Below are positions 10,715 to 29,446 of a DNA stretch of 64,000 nt, in pieces (position 1 is the stretch's first letter; each line of letters opens with the position of its first letter). Source of the stretch: the human T2T-CHM13v2.0 reference genome, Homo sapiens. The notes below the pieces were generated by a model that did not search any database, was not told where the DNA came from, and saw only the letters and a program-made list of their open reading frames with translations. Made by a program: the position numbers and the translations under genes. Location of the stretch: the NCBI RefSeq assembly GCF_009914755.1, contig NC_060932.1. One strand, 5' to 3'.

Positions 10715-12925
10715 TCAACATTATTTAGGCATAATTTACATGTGGTAAATTTTATCTTTTGAAATCTTATGGTTTGATGACTTTTTTTACAACAAAAAAT
10801 AGGTTATTTGCATGACTCAAAGACTTTCTTCCTGTCTTGCAGTCAGAGCCCCTCACTTAACTCTAGTGCTTGGCTAATACTGGACTGGATTCTGTACATA
10901 TAGATTAGTTTTTCCTTCTCTATAATTCATTTAAAATATAATCAGACTGTATGCACACAGTGTGCCTTCTTTATCTAAGCAGCATGTTCAAGTCATCCAT
11001 TTTCTTGGGTATATGTAGTTCATTTCTATCTATGCTTGAGGAATTTTCCATTGCAGGGATATACCACAACACGTCTCCTTATCTGTTGATGAACATTTGG
11101 ATTATATTTTCCAGGTTTTGGTTATTATGAATAGAATTGTTATAAGTATTTGTGCAAACATACATTTTCATTTCTTTTAAGTAAACCACTACAAGAATTG
11201 TTGGGTCAAATGATCAGATGTAAGATTATTTTGATAACAGATTGCTAGATTACTTTGCCACATTTGTGCTCAATATGGTTTCCAACAGCACAGTATGAAA
11301 GCTCCAATTGTTCTAATTTACCCTAACACGTGGTGTTTCAGGCATCTTATTCTTAGTCATTCTAAAGGATGGTAATTTCTCTGGTAATTAGTGATGTTTG
11401 ACACTTTTTAATGTGCTGATTAGCATTCAGATATATTACTTTTTGTGCCCTTCCAATTATTTTCTACTTTTATAATTCAATTATTTCCATTGTTACTGAA
11501 TTGTAGGTGTCGTTATAGACTCCGGATAGAAATTGTTGGTTAGATGTATGTTTTGCAAGTAGAGTCTGCTGGTCAGCAGCTTGCTCTTCATTTTCTTAGT
11601 GATGTAATATTGAAGAGAACAAGTTTTTAATTTAAGTGAATTCTAATTTTCTAATTTATTTTCTCTACTGACTCACCTGTTTTTGTCATAGCTAAGGAAA
11701 TGTTTATCCTAAAGTTGAAAATAAACAAACATACAAAGAAATTAACAAACTCCTAAGCCTTCTACCTAAAATTTATAATTTTAGTGTTTACATTTAGATA
11801 CATGTCATGATTTAAGTTAATGTTATGTGCATACTGAGATAAGTTTTAACTTGGTTTTTTCATGTGAATTGTCAGTTGTTCTAACATCAGTTTTAGAAGA
11901 GACTATCCTTTCTCCATGAAATTTCCTTGGCATTTTTGTGAAAAACATCATGATTTGGCAAATATCCATGAAACTATATGCAAACTCATTATTCTGTTAT
12001 ATTGATCTACATATCTATCCTTTTGTCAATAATTCTATATCTTGATTACTGTAGTGTTTTGGTAAGTTTTGAAATTAAGTAGTGTCTTGTAATTTTAGCC
12101 TTTTCAATGTCATTTTGACTATTCTAGGTACATTGCGTTTCCATAAAATTTTTGAATGAGCTTATCAATTTCTACTAAAAATGCCAATATTTGTATTGGA
12201 ATTTCATTACATTACAGATTTCATAACAATATTGAATATTTCAAATTATGAGCAAAGTATATATCTACATTTATTTAAGTATTATTTATATTACTTCAGT
12301 AATGTTTTGTAATTTTTAATCTGCTGCTCAACTACATATTTACTTGAATTTATCCCTAAATTCTTAATGCTTCATCTTGGCATTATAAATGATACTGCTT
12401 TTTTGGTTAGCTTTTGTTTTCCAATTGTCTGTTACTAGTATAAAAAGACAATTTATTTTATATGTTGACTTTGTATTTTCTGACCTTTCTAAATTCAGTT
12501 ACACTTCTAACAGTTTTATTTTTTAAAAAAATTTCTTAGGATTTCCACTTTATATGTTTGCATCACTTATTAATAAAGACAGTTTTTTATTTCTCCTTTC
12601 TGATATATATGCATTTTATTTCATTTTCTTACCTTGCAACACTGGTTAGAAACTCAGTGCACTGATGAAACAAAAGTAGTCATCGCCTTAGTCTCAATGT
12701 TAGAAAAAACTTTAAATACAATGTCAGTGTAGGTTTCTTTTTTATGTACATTGTTAAGGTCAGGAATTTCCCTTCTAGCCCTAGTTTGCAAAGCAATATA
12801 TCAAAAATTACTCTTAAATGTTGTCTAATTATTTTCTCATACTTACTGAAAATATGTTATTTAAACAAATATTCTATGAATAAAGTTAATGATATTGATT
12901 ATATTTAGTTTGTTAAACCAAAACT
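10715..12925 (-). mobile_element. Old L1M (L1MD/ME-like) 3' ORF2 and 3'UTR
   Basis: T-rich antisense L1 hallmarks such as TTCCATTG...ATATACCACA, TCTTGATTACTGTAG and AATTTCCCTTCTA. Confidence 0.8.
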
Positions 12926-12964
12926 TACATACAGTAGTGTTTAAAACTTTTGAGAGGAGTTACA

Positions 12965-14025
12965 AATAAGCAAGGAGGAAGGAGAGGCTAGAAGGAACCT
13001 GTGGAACTGAAATGAAGTCAGAATTATCACTATAAACTCATGTTTACCTTAATCTGTTAAAAGACAGATGAAATTAAAACAAATTGTAGACATATATTGC
13101 TTGGTTTACATACCTACATTTCTAGCTCTGTTGCTGTGTGGGCCTAGAAGAAATGACACTCTGGTAACAATGAGAATTCCTAAAGCCAAGATAATTGTTT
13201 CTATTACCATTCTTCAATTAAAGCAAGGAGAGATGGCTGACGCTAGCACTGTGGTAGAGAAAATACCAAATGTTCCTGGGGCATCTTGTAGTGCATGAAA
13301 ATAAAGAAATAAAAAAAAAAAAAACACAGGTGATAGTATCGTGTCAAAAAGCTTTTCTACAGGAGTCAAGTAGAAAGAGCTACTAATTGCCAAAACTAAG
13401 AATTTGATCAATAAAATAGGTATTGATAGCATTAAATTATAACCTAAAGAATAAAATTAAAAGCCATATTCATGACCGGGCCCGGTGGCTCACGCCTGTA
13501 ATCCCAGCACTTTGGGAGGCCGAGGCAGGCGGATCACGAGGTCAGGAGATGGAGAACATCCTGGCTAACGCAGTGAAAGCCTGTCTCTACTAAAAAAATT
13601 ACAAAAAATTAGTCAGGCTTGGTGGCAGGCGCCTGTAGTCCCAGATACTCAACAGGCTGAGCAGGAGAATGGCGTGAACCCGGGTGGCAGAGCTTGCAGT
13701 GAGCCCAGATCACGCCACTGCACTCCAGCCTCGGCGACAAAGCGAGACTCCGTCTCAAAAAAAAAAAAAAAAAAATCCATATTCATATAAATAAATGAAT
13801 GAATAAATAAATGGGCCAAAAGGGAGAACTTTTCCTTACAGAATAATTCTAAATAATAACTTTAGAAGGAATGAGAAAAGTGAAAAATCACTACTAGAGT
13901 ACCCTCATAGTATTAGCTGCAGCCAAGATTCACTGATGAATGCTAAAATTAGTGGCCAAAACTTTTAAGAAAAATAGGATAGCTATGTGGAGCTCAAAGT
14001 ATCTCTCCAAGTATGTATTACATAT
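12965..14025 (+). mobile_element. L1MC/L1MD 3'UTR (L1MC3-like), split by an AluY
   Basis: CTAGCTCTG...GGGCCTAGAAG...GCATCTTGTAGTGC...TTCCTTACAGAATAATTC motifs. Confidence 0.7.
13474..13775 (+). mobile_element. AluY
   Basis: GGATCACGAGGTCAGGAGAT, GGCGTGAACCCGGG and AGCTTGCAGTGAG; TSD AAAA[G/T]CCATATTCAT. Confidence 0.95.
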
Positions 14026-14462
14026 TGTGGGGTAAAAGTTAAAAATATGCCATTTAAATGCACTTGGAAAACAGCAGGTGCAAAAAGATCACTCTGACCT
14101 TGATGCCGTTTCTGAAAAGCAAAAGATGAAATTTCCATGTGAAAGATGCAACAGCCTTATACTCAAGGATAAGAAGTTGAGACAAAGATAATTCTGTAAA
14201 AGTATTGTTAAAATAACTATTATATTTAAAGCTTCCCCCAGGTAATTCATTGCTTCTTCACAGCTTACTATTCTTCGTCCAATCCAGGATGTAAATAACT
14301 GAATTTAACTGCTACCTCGGGTCTTCATTTTCTTCTAAGAGTTCCTATGCCACATAAAACTCCTATTAAATAAATCTGTATGCTTTTCTCTGGTTAATAT
14401 GTCTTATGCCAATTTAATTATTGGGCCCAACTGGGCCCCTAAGAGGATAGAAGTAGAGTTTT
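14026..14462 (+). mobile_element. MER34-family ERV1 LTR
   Basis: TGT start with AATATGCC; ATTAAATAAATCTGTATGCTTTTCTCTGGTTAAT near the 3' end. Confidence 0.7.
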
Positions 14463-15800
14463 GTAGCAATAAATGCCTACATTAAGAAAGAAGAAAGATC
14501 TCAAACAGTCTAATATTACACCTCAAATAACTAGAAAATGAAGAAAAAAATTGAGCCCAAAAGTAGCAGAAAAAATAAAATTACAATAATTAGCGCGGAA
14601 ATCAACTAGAGACTAGAAAAAACATAGAAAAGATTAACAAAACTAAAACTTTTTTTGAAAAATAAAATTAACTAATCTTTAGCTAGAATAAATTCACTCT
14701 GTAAGTATGGTTGCAAACATTTTTAACAAGACATTGGAATTTAGTTTTCAGCAACATATAAAATATTTACACACAATGTCCATGTGGGGTTTATTCTAGG
14801 GATTCAGAGTTGGTTCAAGACTCAAAAGGCAGTCAGTGTAAATCCACCACATTGATAGGCTAAAGATGAAAAATACATGATCATATCAATTAGTAAAGAA
14901 AAAGCATTTGATAAAATACAACATGAATTAATAACAAAAAGACCTCGGGAAAATAGAAATAAAAGGGAACTTCCTCAAGTTGACAAAGAACATTGACAAT
15001 AACCTATAGCTAACATCATCCATAATGGCAAAAGACTTCCTGAATGCTTTCACTGTAATATGGGGAACAATGCAAGAAGCTTGTTCTGACCACTGCTGTC
15101 CATGACAGCATTGGACGTTCTGGCAAGTGCAATAAATACACAACAAGAACAAAACAAAAAAAAAAAAAAAAAAAAAGAAAGAAAGAAAAGAAAAAGAATG
15201 TCCACAAATCAAAAAGAGAGAAATAAAACAGGTCCTATCTATTGAAGGCATAATTATCTAAGTAGAAAAGTCCAAGGAATCTACCAAAAAAAAAAAAAAA
15301 ATCTAGAACAATAAGTGAATTTAGCAAGGTCACAGAATACACAGTTAATCTATAAAACTTAAATGAACATAAAGGAACTAAAAATAAAAATGATATTTTT
15401 TGTTTCAAAAATGAAATACTTATATGTAAATCTAACAAAACATGTTTAGGACTTGCATACTGAAAACTATAATATGCTGATGAAAGCAATAAAAATATAT
15501 AAATAAATGTAGAGACATGGCATGTTAATGAATTAGAAGACTAAGTCAAGATGTCAGTTTTCTCCAAGTGGATATACAGGCTTAAGGGGATTTCTTTCAA
15601 AATACCCTTAAGATTTTTGTAGATATAAATAACGTTATTCTAAAATATATAGAAAAAAATGAAACTGGGTTAACTAAACAATTTTGAAAAACTAGAGATA
15701 AATCTGTTCCAATTCAAAACTTATTACATAGCTGTAGTAATCAAAACTATATAGTATTTCAGGAGGGTCACACATGTACATCAGCAGTACAAGAAATGGG
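14463..15800 (+). mobile_element. Old L1M ORF2 fragments with an internal deletion and A-tracts
   Basis: TAGCAATAAATGCCTACATTAAGAAAGAAGAAAGATCTCAA, AAAAGCATTTGATAAAAT and GTAGTAATCAAAAC. Confidence 0.75.
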
Positions 15801-15802
15801 CA

Positions 15803-17880
15803 ACTGAATGGGCAAAAGCTGGAAGCATTCCCCTTGAAAACTGGTACAAAACAAGAACTCTCTCACCACTCCTATTCAACGTAGTATTGGAAGTTCTGGC
15901 CAGGGTAATCAGGCAAGAGAAAGAAATAAAGTGTATTGAAACAGGAAGAGAGGATGTCAAACTCTCTCTGTTTGTAGTTGACATGATTCCATATCTAGAA
16001 AAGCCTGTTGTCTCAGCCCCAGAGCTTTGTAAGCTGAAAAGCAACTTCAGCAAAGTCTCAGGATACAAAACCAATGTGCAAAAATCACAAGTATTCCTAT
16101 ATAACAACAATAGACAAGCAGAGAGCCAAATCATGAATAAATTCCTATTCACAATTGCTACAAAGAGAATAAAATACCTAGGAATACAGCTAACAAGGGA
16201 GGTGAAGGACCTCTTCAGGGAGAACACAAACCACTGCTCAAGGAAATAAGTGAGAACACAAATGAATCGAAAAACATTCCATGCTCATGGATAGGAGGAA
16301 TAAATGTCATGAAAATGGCCGTACTTCCCAAAGTAATGTATAGATTCAATGTCATTCCCATTAAATTGCCATTGACACTTTTCAAGGAATTAGAAAAAAA
16401 ATACTTCAAAATTCATATAGGACCAAAAAAGAGCCCATATAGCCAAGACAATCCTAAGCAAAAAGAACAAAGCTGCAGGCATCACACTACCCCACTTGAA
16501 ACTATACTACAAGGCTACAGTAACCAAAAGAGCATGGTTCTGGTACAAATAAAGCCTCACATCTACAACCATCTGATCTTTGACAAACCTGACCAAAGCA
16601 AGCAATGGGTAAATGATTCCCTACTTAATAAATAGTCCTGGGAAAACAGGCTAGCCGTATGCAGAAAATTGAAACTGGACCCCTTCCTTACATCTTATAT
16701 AAAAACTAACTCAAGATGGATTAAAGACTTAAATGTAAAACCCAAAACTATGAAAACTCTAGAAGAAAATCTAGGCAATACCACTCAGGACATAGGCATG
16801 GGCAAAGATTTCATGATGAAAACATCAAAAGCAATTGGCCACAATAGCAAAACCTGACAAATGTAATCTAATTAAACTAAAGAGCTTACGCACAGCAAAA
16901 GAAAGTATCATAAGTGAATAGACAACCTACAGAATGTAAGAAAATTTTTGCAGTCTGTCCATCTGACAAAGGTCTAATATCCAGCATCTATGAGAAACAA
17001 ACAACAAAAAAAGGCAAACAACCCCATTAAAAACTGGGCAAAGGGCATGAACAGGCACTTCTCAAAGGAAGAGATTCATGCTGTCAACAAACCTATGAAA
17101 AAAAGCTCAACATCACTGATCATTAGAGTAATGCAAATCAAAACCACAGTGAGATACCATGTCCTGCCAGTCAGAATTATGATTATTAAAAAGTCAAGAA
17201 GCAACTGATGCTGGTGAGGCTGTGGAGAAATAGGAATGCTTTTACACTGTTGGTGGGAATGTAAATTAGTTCAACCATTGTGGAAGACTGTGTGGCAATT
17301 CCTTGAATACCTGGAGGCAGAAATACCACTTGACCCAGCAATCTCATTACTGGGTATATAACCAAAGAAATATAAATCATTCTGTTATAAAGATACATGC
17401 ATATGTATGTTCATTGCAGCACTATTCACAATAGTAAAGACATGGAATCAACCCAAATACCTATCAATGATAAACTGGATAAAGAATATGTGGTACATAT
17501 ACACCATGGAATACTATGAAGCCATAAAAAAGAATGAGCTCATGTTCTTTGCAGTGACATGCAGGGAGCTGGAAGCCATTATCCTCAGCAAACAAACACA
17601 GGAACAGAAAACCAAACACCACATGCTTTCACTTATAAGTGGGAACTGAACAATGAGAACACATGGACACGGGGCTGGGGGAGCAACACACACTGCAGGT
17701 GTGGGGGCTGTTGTGGGGGTAGGAGGAGGAAGAGCACCAGGATTAATAGCTAATTCATGCTGGGCTTAATACCTAGGTGAGCAGTTGATAGGTGCAGCAA
17801 ATGACCATGGCACTCATTTACCTATGTAACAAACCTGAACATCCTTCACATGTACCATGGAACTTACAATAAAATAAAAT
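15803..17880 (+). mobile_element. 5'-truncated L1PA13-like
   Basis: ORF2 peptides at 15887, 16309 and 17407; 3'UTR ATAGCTAAT..ATGCTGGGCTTAATACCTAGGTGA; A-rich tail. Confidence 0.9.
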
Positions 17881-18044
17881 ACTTTTTTTTTTAAAGAAAA
17901 TACCTACAATAAAGCCATCTACATTTAAGGAAAAGGAGTTGAAAATGCAACCAACTCTTGGTGGAATGTACAAATAAATCTTTGCTGTACATTATTTCAA
18001 ATAAATTCTTTTAAAATAAAAAACAGAAACAAACAAACAAAAAC

Positions 18045-19270
18045 AAAAAGAGAATGCAGAAATAGCCTCACACAAAAAGGAAGTCAATGGAAGAAAGATA
18101 GTGCTTACAGAAAACGGTAATAGAACAGTTGACTAGCCACAGGAAAAAAAAGTGAACCTTGATCTAAGCTTTATACCTTATAATAAAAATTAAATCAAAG
18201 CCGATCACAGATTTAGGTGTAAAATGTAAAAGTGTAACACTTTTGGAATAATAACATAGGAGAAAACCCTGTGGTTTCTAGTGCTTCTTGAAAATTTCTT
18301 AGACATGATACAAAAAATGGTACATAAAGGAAAAAAAATTATAAATTATATTTGACAAATTTCAAAACTTTTTATCTGTAAAAGGTCCTGTTAAGAGGAT
18401 AAAAAGACAAGTTACAAATGGAGAAAAGATATTCTCAAGCCATAAGTTTGACAAAGGATTAGTTTGTAGAATATATAACACTAAATATCTCATTTCAACT
18501 CTGAAAATGCACCAGTGAAATACCAAACAATCCAATATATAAGCAGACATTTCATTGAAGAGGGTGGCAAATAAGCACATGGAAAGATGTTGGCATCACT
18601 AGCCCTTAGTTAAATGCAAACTAAGGCCACAGCAAGATATCAATTTGTATCTTTTGGAATAGCTAACATTGTTTTCCAAAGACAATATCAAATGCAGGCA
18701 AGAATGTGGAGAAACAGGATCTCTCACACATTACTGGTGAAAATGAAAAACGGTTCAGCCATTCTGGAAAATAGTTATGCTTTTCTTAACATATTTAAAG
18801 GTACACTTTGCCATATGATCCAGCATTTATACTCGAGGAGTTTTATGTCTAAATGAAAATATGTACATTATTTTTCATAGCACCTTTATGCATAACAGCC
18901 AAATCATCACTCTCAAAATGTAAAAAAATTGTAGAGATGGGGAACAGATTAGTGATTGCCAGTGATTAGGGATTGTGAGGCAAAAGGGGGTACCTGTGAC
19001 TATAAAAGGGTTGCAAGAGGGAGATCCCTGTAGTGATGGAATAGTTCTGGATATTTATATGCTGGTGGCTGTACAAAACTATACATGTGATAAAATGGCA
19101 CAGAACAATATATGCATGTTATACCAATGTCAATTTCCTGGGGGCGGGCGTGTATTATACTATGAATATGTAAGATGCAACCACTGGGAAAAACAGGGTG
19201 AAGTATATAGGTGACTTCGATTTTATGATTGCAGCTTTTATAATGTATAACTATTTCAAAATAAACATCT
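18045..19270 (+). mobile_element. L1MC/MD 3' end (probable continuation of the 14.7-15.8 kb element)
   Basis: GAACAGATTAGTGATTGCCAG, GTGATGGAATAGTTCTG and ACCAATGTCAATTTCCTGG. Confidence 0.75.
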
Positions 19271-19594
19271 TAAAAATGAAGCTAATTCACAAACTGCCAT
19301 AGTTTCCAAATTGTATTATAGATAATAGCTCATGCATTCCGAATATAGAAAACTAAGCCATTTTTCTATCCACTGGTATCTTTGTAATGTTGTTATCTAT
19401 TATTATACTTTGTCTTGGTTTCAGTTCTCTCATTCCATAAATAAATGGAGTATTCAAGGTGTGTCATTTAAAATTGTTATTGGCTAAGAAACATTGAGAT
19501 AGTAAAAAACCTATGAGTAATGACCCAGAATGGTGCTGAATAACAGATATATGAGAGCCATAAGCAAGAGCCACACAGGTCTCTGAGATTCAAT

Positions 19595-19691
19595 GTGCAT
19601 CTTACAATTACAGCACATCTCAGTTTGTATTAGTCATATTTCAAGTTCTCAATAGCAAAATGTGTAGTAGATACCATATTGGACAGAGCAG
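19595..19691. mobile_element. MER3/MER33 hAT-Charlie fragment
   Basis: TTACAGCACATCTCAG...ATTTCAAGTTCTCAATAG...ACCATATTGGACAG. Confidence 0.75.
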
Positions 19692-19818
19692 ATTTAGATC
19701 ATCTGTAAATGTTGCCAGCTTCCCTTTGTAGACAATTCATGAATAATTCAGAAGAGCCATGTTTCTTCAGAATGTTCTAAGTGGAGAGTTGAAGGTAACT
19801 GTGATATTATTGTATTTA

Positions 19819-23846
<4,028 letters not shown>

Positions 23847-24183
23847 GATAAGTACTCAGCTTTTGCATCACAGTCCTCAGCCTCATGCCACGCCGAAATG
23901 GGTCATGACCCTCTTTCCTGCTGACCCATTGTGCTCTTAGGGCCTTCTCATTCTGCTCCAGGCAGCAACTAAAAACCAATGTGTTGCATGGAGAGTGCAC
24001 TTATTGTGTAGCAACGAAAAGTAAGCTTTGGATCCTCTCTCTTCCGTGTGTTCCTTCCAAGGCCTTTACTGGGATCTAACAATGTGCACATAAGGTCCTA
24101 TTGTTGAACATTTTGTAAAAGTAAGATGTTTAAGATAGCTGTCTTTTTTCATTCTCCTCCTTTTGTATGTGGAGTGATGTTGG

Positions 24184-24521
24184 TGATGGTTTAAATGTGT
24201 TTCTCAAAATTTATGCGTTGGAATCTTTATACCCATTACAACAATCTTGGGAGGTAGGGCTCAGTGGAGGTATTTAGGTTATGGGGGTTCAGCCCTGATA
24301 AATAGAGTAATGCCATTATAAAGGGCTTGATGAGGGAAGTTACTGTCTCTTGCCCTCCTGTCCTCCACCACGTGAGGATGCAGCAAGAAGGCTCTTGCAA
24401 GATGCCAGTCCTTTGAGCATGACTTCTCTTCCTTTAGAACTGTAAGAAAATGAATTTCCCTGATTTATAAATTGTCCAGTCAGTGCTGTTCTGTTATAGC
24501 AGCACAAAACAGACAAAGACA
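24184..24521 (+). mobile_element. MSTD-like MaLR LTR
   Basis: TGATGGTTTAAATGTG...GATGCAGCAAGAAGGC...GTTATAGCAGCACAAAACAGACAAAGACA. Confidence 0.85.
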
Positions 24522-24649
24522 GAGAGGCAAACGGCTTTTGGAGAAATGGGGAAGTAGAATTAACAGGGAATTAATGAATGTATTTATGTGCTTCGTGATC
24601 ACTTCCACTTATAGCCTCTGGGAAGACTCTGCAAATAGAGAGTACAAAG

Positions 24650-25040
24650 CATGTGAAGACCCATGTTTCATGGATCCCAAGTGTAAATAATAAAAATGAA
24701 ATTGCAATCAACATTGCTGGAGGAAAAATTGAATTACCTTTATATTATCTTTATATAAAATGATATTGCAACATCATTGCTATGGGAAAACCCACGAAAG
24801 CATATGCAGGCAAACATTGTAAAAGAGTATAGAGAAACACTGGGTCATTAATGATTAAACAATTATGCTATTTTTCTGAACTTTTTGATTTTCATAATAT
24901 TTGTTAGCTTTTTGAAATTTTTTAATTTGTTATTTTTACTATAAATGATTACTCACTGTTTAGTTTGCCTTTGTATCATTTTTTTTTCTTAGAGAGGGCA
25001 CTGCAAATTACATAAGCCCCAAAACCTAGATCTTTCCCAC
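24650..25040 (+). mobile_element. hAT-Tip100 fragment (Zaphod/MER115-like)
   Basis: GAGGAAAAATTGAATTA...AAAATGATATT...GAGGGC...ATAAGCCCCAAAACCTAGATC resembles the recalled 3' end. Confidence 0.55.
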
Positions 25041-25314
25041 TGCACATGCAGTATATTCAATTTGCAATATCTGTTTTAGTCATGCTTTTAACTAAAACTT
25101 TATTGAAGAAAGCAAAAAAAATGATAACTTGCTATCAGACACTGATCATAATTTATTTCCATGTTTTTCCTTTCATGAAATATAGAAAATGTCCAAATTA
25201 GTGAAGAAGAAATAAAAGGTTATGTATTGTTGCAGTATGACTTAATGATTGTATTGTAAACATTTGACTGAGTGATTTATCAAACTAAGTTATGTAATGA
25301 CTGTTGAATTCAGA

Positions 25315-25536
25315 TAGTGGTGAACTGGTAAACTAGGTGTCCAAGAAAAAAGCCTTGATGTGTAATGTTTGCAGATTTCCATTTTATAAATGCTCCCAAT
25401 ATAACCCATTCCATTTTATAAATCCCACCACCATGATCCATTTCAAGTTACTAACCATTGGATAATAAGCTTACAAAACTCCTGAGCATATAACCATTGG
25501 CTTCCCCAAGTCTGATCCAGCCCCCGCAAACCACTA
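25315..25536. mobile_element. MER63-like hAT MITE
   Basis: AGTGGTG..CTGGTAAA start, AAAAGCCTTGATGTGTA..GTTTGC and a ...CCACT end (terminal inverted repeat). Confidence 0.6.
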
Positions 25537-27964
25537 CATTCAGGCATATTTAAAGAGATCCCAGTGAAACTGGTATTTTGTGTTCATGAAGAGAAGTGAA
25601 TGATTAAGGTTGGCAATGTTTCCCATCCCTATATTTGAACATAATATGATTTGTCAGCCCCACACCCTGTGGCTGACTTTTCAGTTTGTGTTTCTGTTCT
25701 GTGTAGCACATAAAAAAGTCAACAATAGTAAATTATGTTGAACATCTACATTGGAAGGGGCCCAAAGTCTTTGTAAACATGAAATATCCATTTTATAGCA
25801 CATATTATCAGGTAAATTGTGCTCTAGCATGATAAAACATAACTCCAAAGCCACTGGAGCTCAAGCCACCATAGTCAGGGAGTGCTATAATTCTCAGGGG
25901 ACCCAGCATTACCTAAATATTTAGAGCAGAAAACAGGAGTCAGTGATTTGAATAATGCCCATCTATAAAGAAACTTGAAACCAGAGTTCATATATAGAAA
26001 GTATGTAAATGCATATAAATAAATATCGATATCCAAAATTCCAGGTCATATACGAGGATCTTTTGTATTTTCAGTGTTTCATTTCATGTTTGATACTAAA
26101 GATCCCTCCTCCCCATCCCACAGGGTGGATCACCCCCACAGAATCATGAAGTCGGCATCCCAACGCATCTGTCTATCTGTGTTCTCGCCTCCCCAGCAGG
26201 CTTCCCATCCTGCTTGCTTTATCATGCACACCTCTACCAGAGGGAGATGAGGAAATTCCATGGCATTACCTCACTTAAATTCTTAAGGAATTCTCCATTG
26301 TTTAAAATATATGGATTAAACAGCTAATTATGATAGAAAAGTTCTTAACAATATGGCTCCCAGTTTTCTCTTCAGTTTCTCTTCGAATCTCTAAATCATA
26401 TAACTCTATATTCTAATTACATAGAGTTACCACTTATGTGTTTGGGGGAAATGGAGGGGAAATCAAACTGTCATTGGCATCTATGTGCTTTCCATTTTCC
26501 TTTTAACCAATAGATAAAAGTTGTATATATTTGTGGGGTAAAATGTGATACTTTGATATATGGCCATAAGCTTTCACCTGAGGTATGTGAATACCTGTAT
26601 TACCATTACCCGTAACCTTGTGAGTCATGTAAAACTCATATTCTCCTGTGACCACGCATCATGCTTTGCAAGCCATTTCCAAGACAAAGTGGTTAAGATT
26701 CTTTGTCCTCAAATTTACACTAGAGTGAAGAGCTAGCTTGCCCCATGTGCTCTCCCAGTTGTAATGTTTCATAAAATGAGTATTTGAATACCTCTTCACT
26801 AAAAATTATTGAAGTATAGGTCATGTCTCTTCACATTTCATTTCTATCACCCAGGTACACTGCTCAATAAACGTTTGCTAAATGACTGGATGAATATTGA
26901 ATATGCCTGGCTATTGACATGACTTGTAAATTTTACTCTACAACCATATGTAAAGATGACCTATATCAATGAACTCAAGGCCAAGAAATGGTGATTAGCT
27001 ACTAGGACATATTATTTATATTGTGCATGACTGATGTCTTTGCTTCCTTTCATCTATATTGCAATTCATTTATATGCAATCAGACGCTCCATAAATCTTT
27101 TTTCTTCTTAGCATTCATGTAATGTATCAGATCATGGTCGCCAACTCTAAATATTTTTGTGTTTATTCTTATGGAACCAGACTTGAAATGGTCTGTTAAG
27201 AATACTTAATGGCTTTGAAGAGAAAAATATATCCTGTATTATAAAAGGATCACTACTAGAAATATAGTAGCTATAATCGGTCTCTGATCATTTATCAATA
27301 AATAGCTACTCCTATTCATCACAATTTTGTTATCTAATAATTTCATAACTATGAAAATTTAAATCTGACCACTGATAAACAAAAATGTTTTGAATGGAGT
27401 TAACGTATGGTCTCTTCTTATACTAACTTAAAATATAATTAAGTCAATTTTAAACAGAGATTTTATATTTGTCCCTGGGGAAGTTGTTAACATAATTCTA
27501 CCATTCAGAGAGAAGGAAGATGCTTTGGGGTAAATACCTGGTGTTAATCAAGAAAGCAGAGTTGATTGATGGAGCCAGAGTGAAGAAGAGCATGTCCAAT
27601 GACTTTCAGTGATTTGGGAAATAAATACAAAAATCTAAAAGTACAGGTAATAACATGTTAGGATGCAAGGATACATTGCGTTTAGTTACAGATACAAAAC
27701 CACAAAGTAGTTCTGAGTGTATCAGTTGCTTCAAAAGAATAACAAAAACAAAGAACTGCGATTTTTCAGCCAATTGATATTCTAGATTCCCTTAAATAAC
27801 ATGACATATGCTTTATACTTTTTAAATAAAATATATTAATAGTCTCTGACAGATATTTTGGATGCAGTCACTGTTTCAAATGAATTGAAAATCACAATCA
27901 GGTCACTTTTAGCCCCAACTGACTAGCATGACTCTTTCATTCCTCCTTCAATATAGTAAGTAAG

Positions 27965-28235
27965 ATGATACCTTCTCTTCTCCAAGCACTGTGAGCTCCT
28001 CCACATTTATTCACTCCCATAGTGTTCTATTGATATTTGTGTTACAGCACTTGCCATATTTTACTAGAACTTGTCTGTTTGTATTTCTCTTTCCACCACT
28101 AGAATGTAAATCTCTTCAAGTTTAGAAATTGGATTTCAATTTAAAAACAACAACAACAAACCCCAAAACAAATCCTACCAATGTGTTGTTGCATTGCCAT
28201 TAATTGGTTCTTGATAATTGTGTGATGGATGAGCC
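27965..28235 (+). mobile_element. L2 3' fragment
   Basis: CAGCACTT...CCACTAGAATGTAAATCTCTT L2 motif. Confidence 0.55.
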
Positions 28236-29446
28236 ATTTGGAAGCACTTTATGTCTCTTCTTTGAACTAACGACCAGACTGTAACACTGGGAGGTCCATG
28301 GATGTAGTCAACTCTCAGCTTCCTATTGGAAGAGGATGGCACAAATTAGCTACAAGAGAATTCCCTGAACCGAAGGTTCCAGTCATGAGGTGAAATACAG
28401 GTCTATATTTGCACCCAGAATCATTTCACTTTCTACTTTGTGTTATGCTGGGTAGGGTAGTGAAGCACTGAACTGGAAGTGGCCTGAATATGGAAAAACC
28501 TGCTAGAGAAATAAGTAGACATGACTTAAAAAATGCAAGATGCTGTTTCAATGCAATTAGAGCGCATAACAAGCCAAACTGCAAAGCTGTTTCTAAGACC
28601 CAGTTTGTCAGAGCGTGAGCCTGACAGCCTTATTCATGTCTGAAACTCTGAACTCTAAGAAAAGTGTGAAGAAAGAGTTCCTTCCTTTTGCTATACAATG
28701 ATGAATTAATTTCATTAATTTTGAAATTAAATACGAGAACATACTAGGTGAAATAGTTGCAAGTTTAGAGAAATATCTCAATATGAATTCCCTATAAGAG
28801 GATATTAATGGAAGTTGAGGCTAGGGTACCAAAATTCAAAACATGGTGAAAGTTCAAAGGGATGTTTAAGACCACGATGCAGAAATTTCAAAGTAATTGG
28901 ACAAGAACCATCTCAGGGACTGTCAAGCCCAAAAAGAAGATATAAAATGGTAGAGGGTATAAATTGGAGATCTGGTTATTGAAATCATTTCTTTGGAAAA
29001 TGCAATATTGCCATGCCAAAGTCTCAGATCTGACCACTGAAGGGAGGGATAAGAGGTCTGGTTTTGTCTGTTTGTTTCACTTTAGGTCTAGAAAAAGGAG
29101 CCACACTGACATACTCACAGCATGGCCCTGCACATTGGGGATGCAGTGCACTAGCATCTGACCCCACCCCGCCCCATGACAAATCCAAGAGATAAAGGCT
29201 GGGCATATTCTCTAACATCAGGATAAAAGAAAAGAGATTTAGGTGGTATTTTCTTGCCCTCCAAAAGTCTGTGGGGCCCAGAAGTGTAAGGGGCATATGT
29301 GAGGGATAGAGCCCTTGATAGCCATGTGAAAGTTTGCACAGAAGACTGCCTGCAAGTGTGCTGGGAACTGACAGAAAACATGGCACCAGAGGAAGACAGC
29401 TCCAAGGAAGGGCAGTTGGAGGGATCAGTCCTCAGCTACGTGCCCT

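Noticed and set aside
29050-29445. Possible old LTR beside the L1PB1 tail (similar patches at ~42120-42480 and ~62200-62518)
   Set aside because: LTR-like composition, but I could not match termini or a family with confidence.
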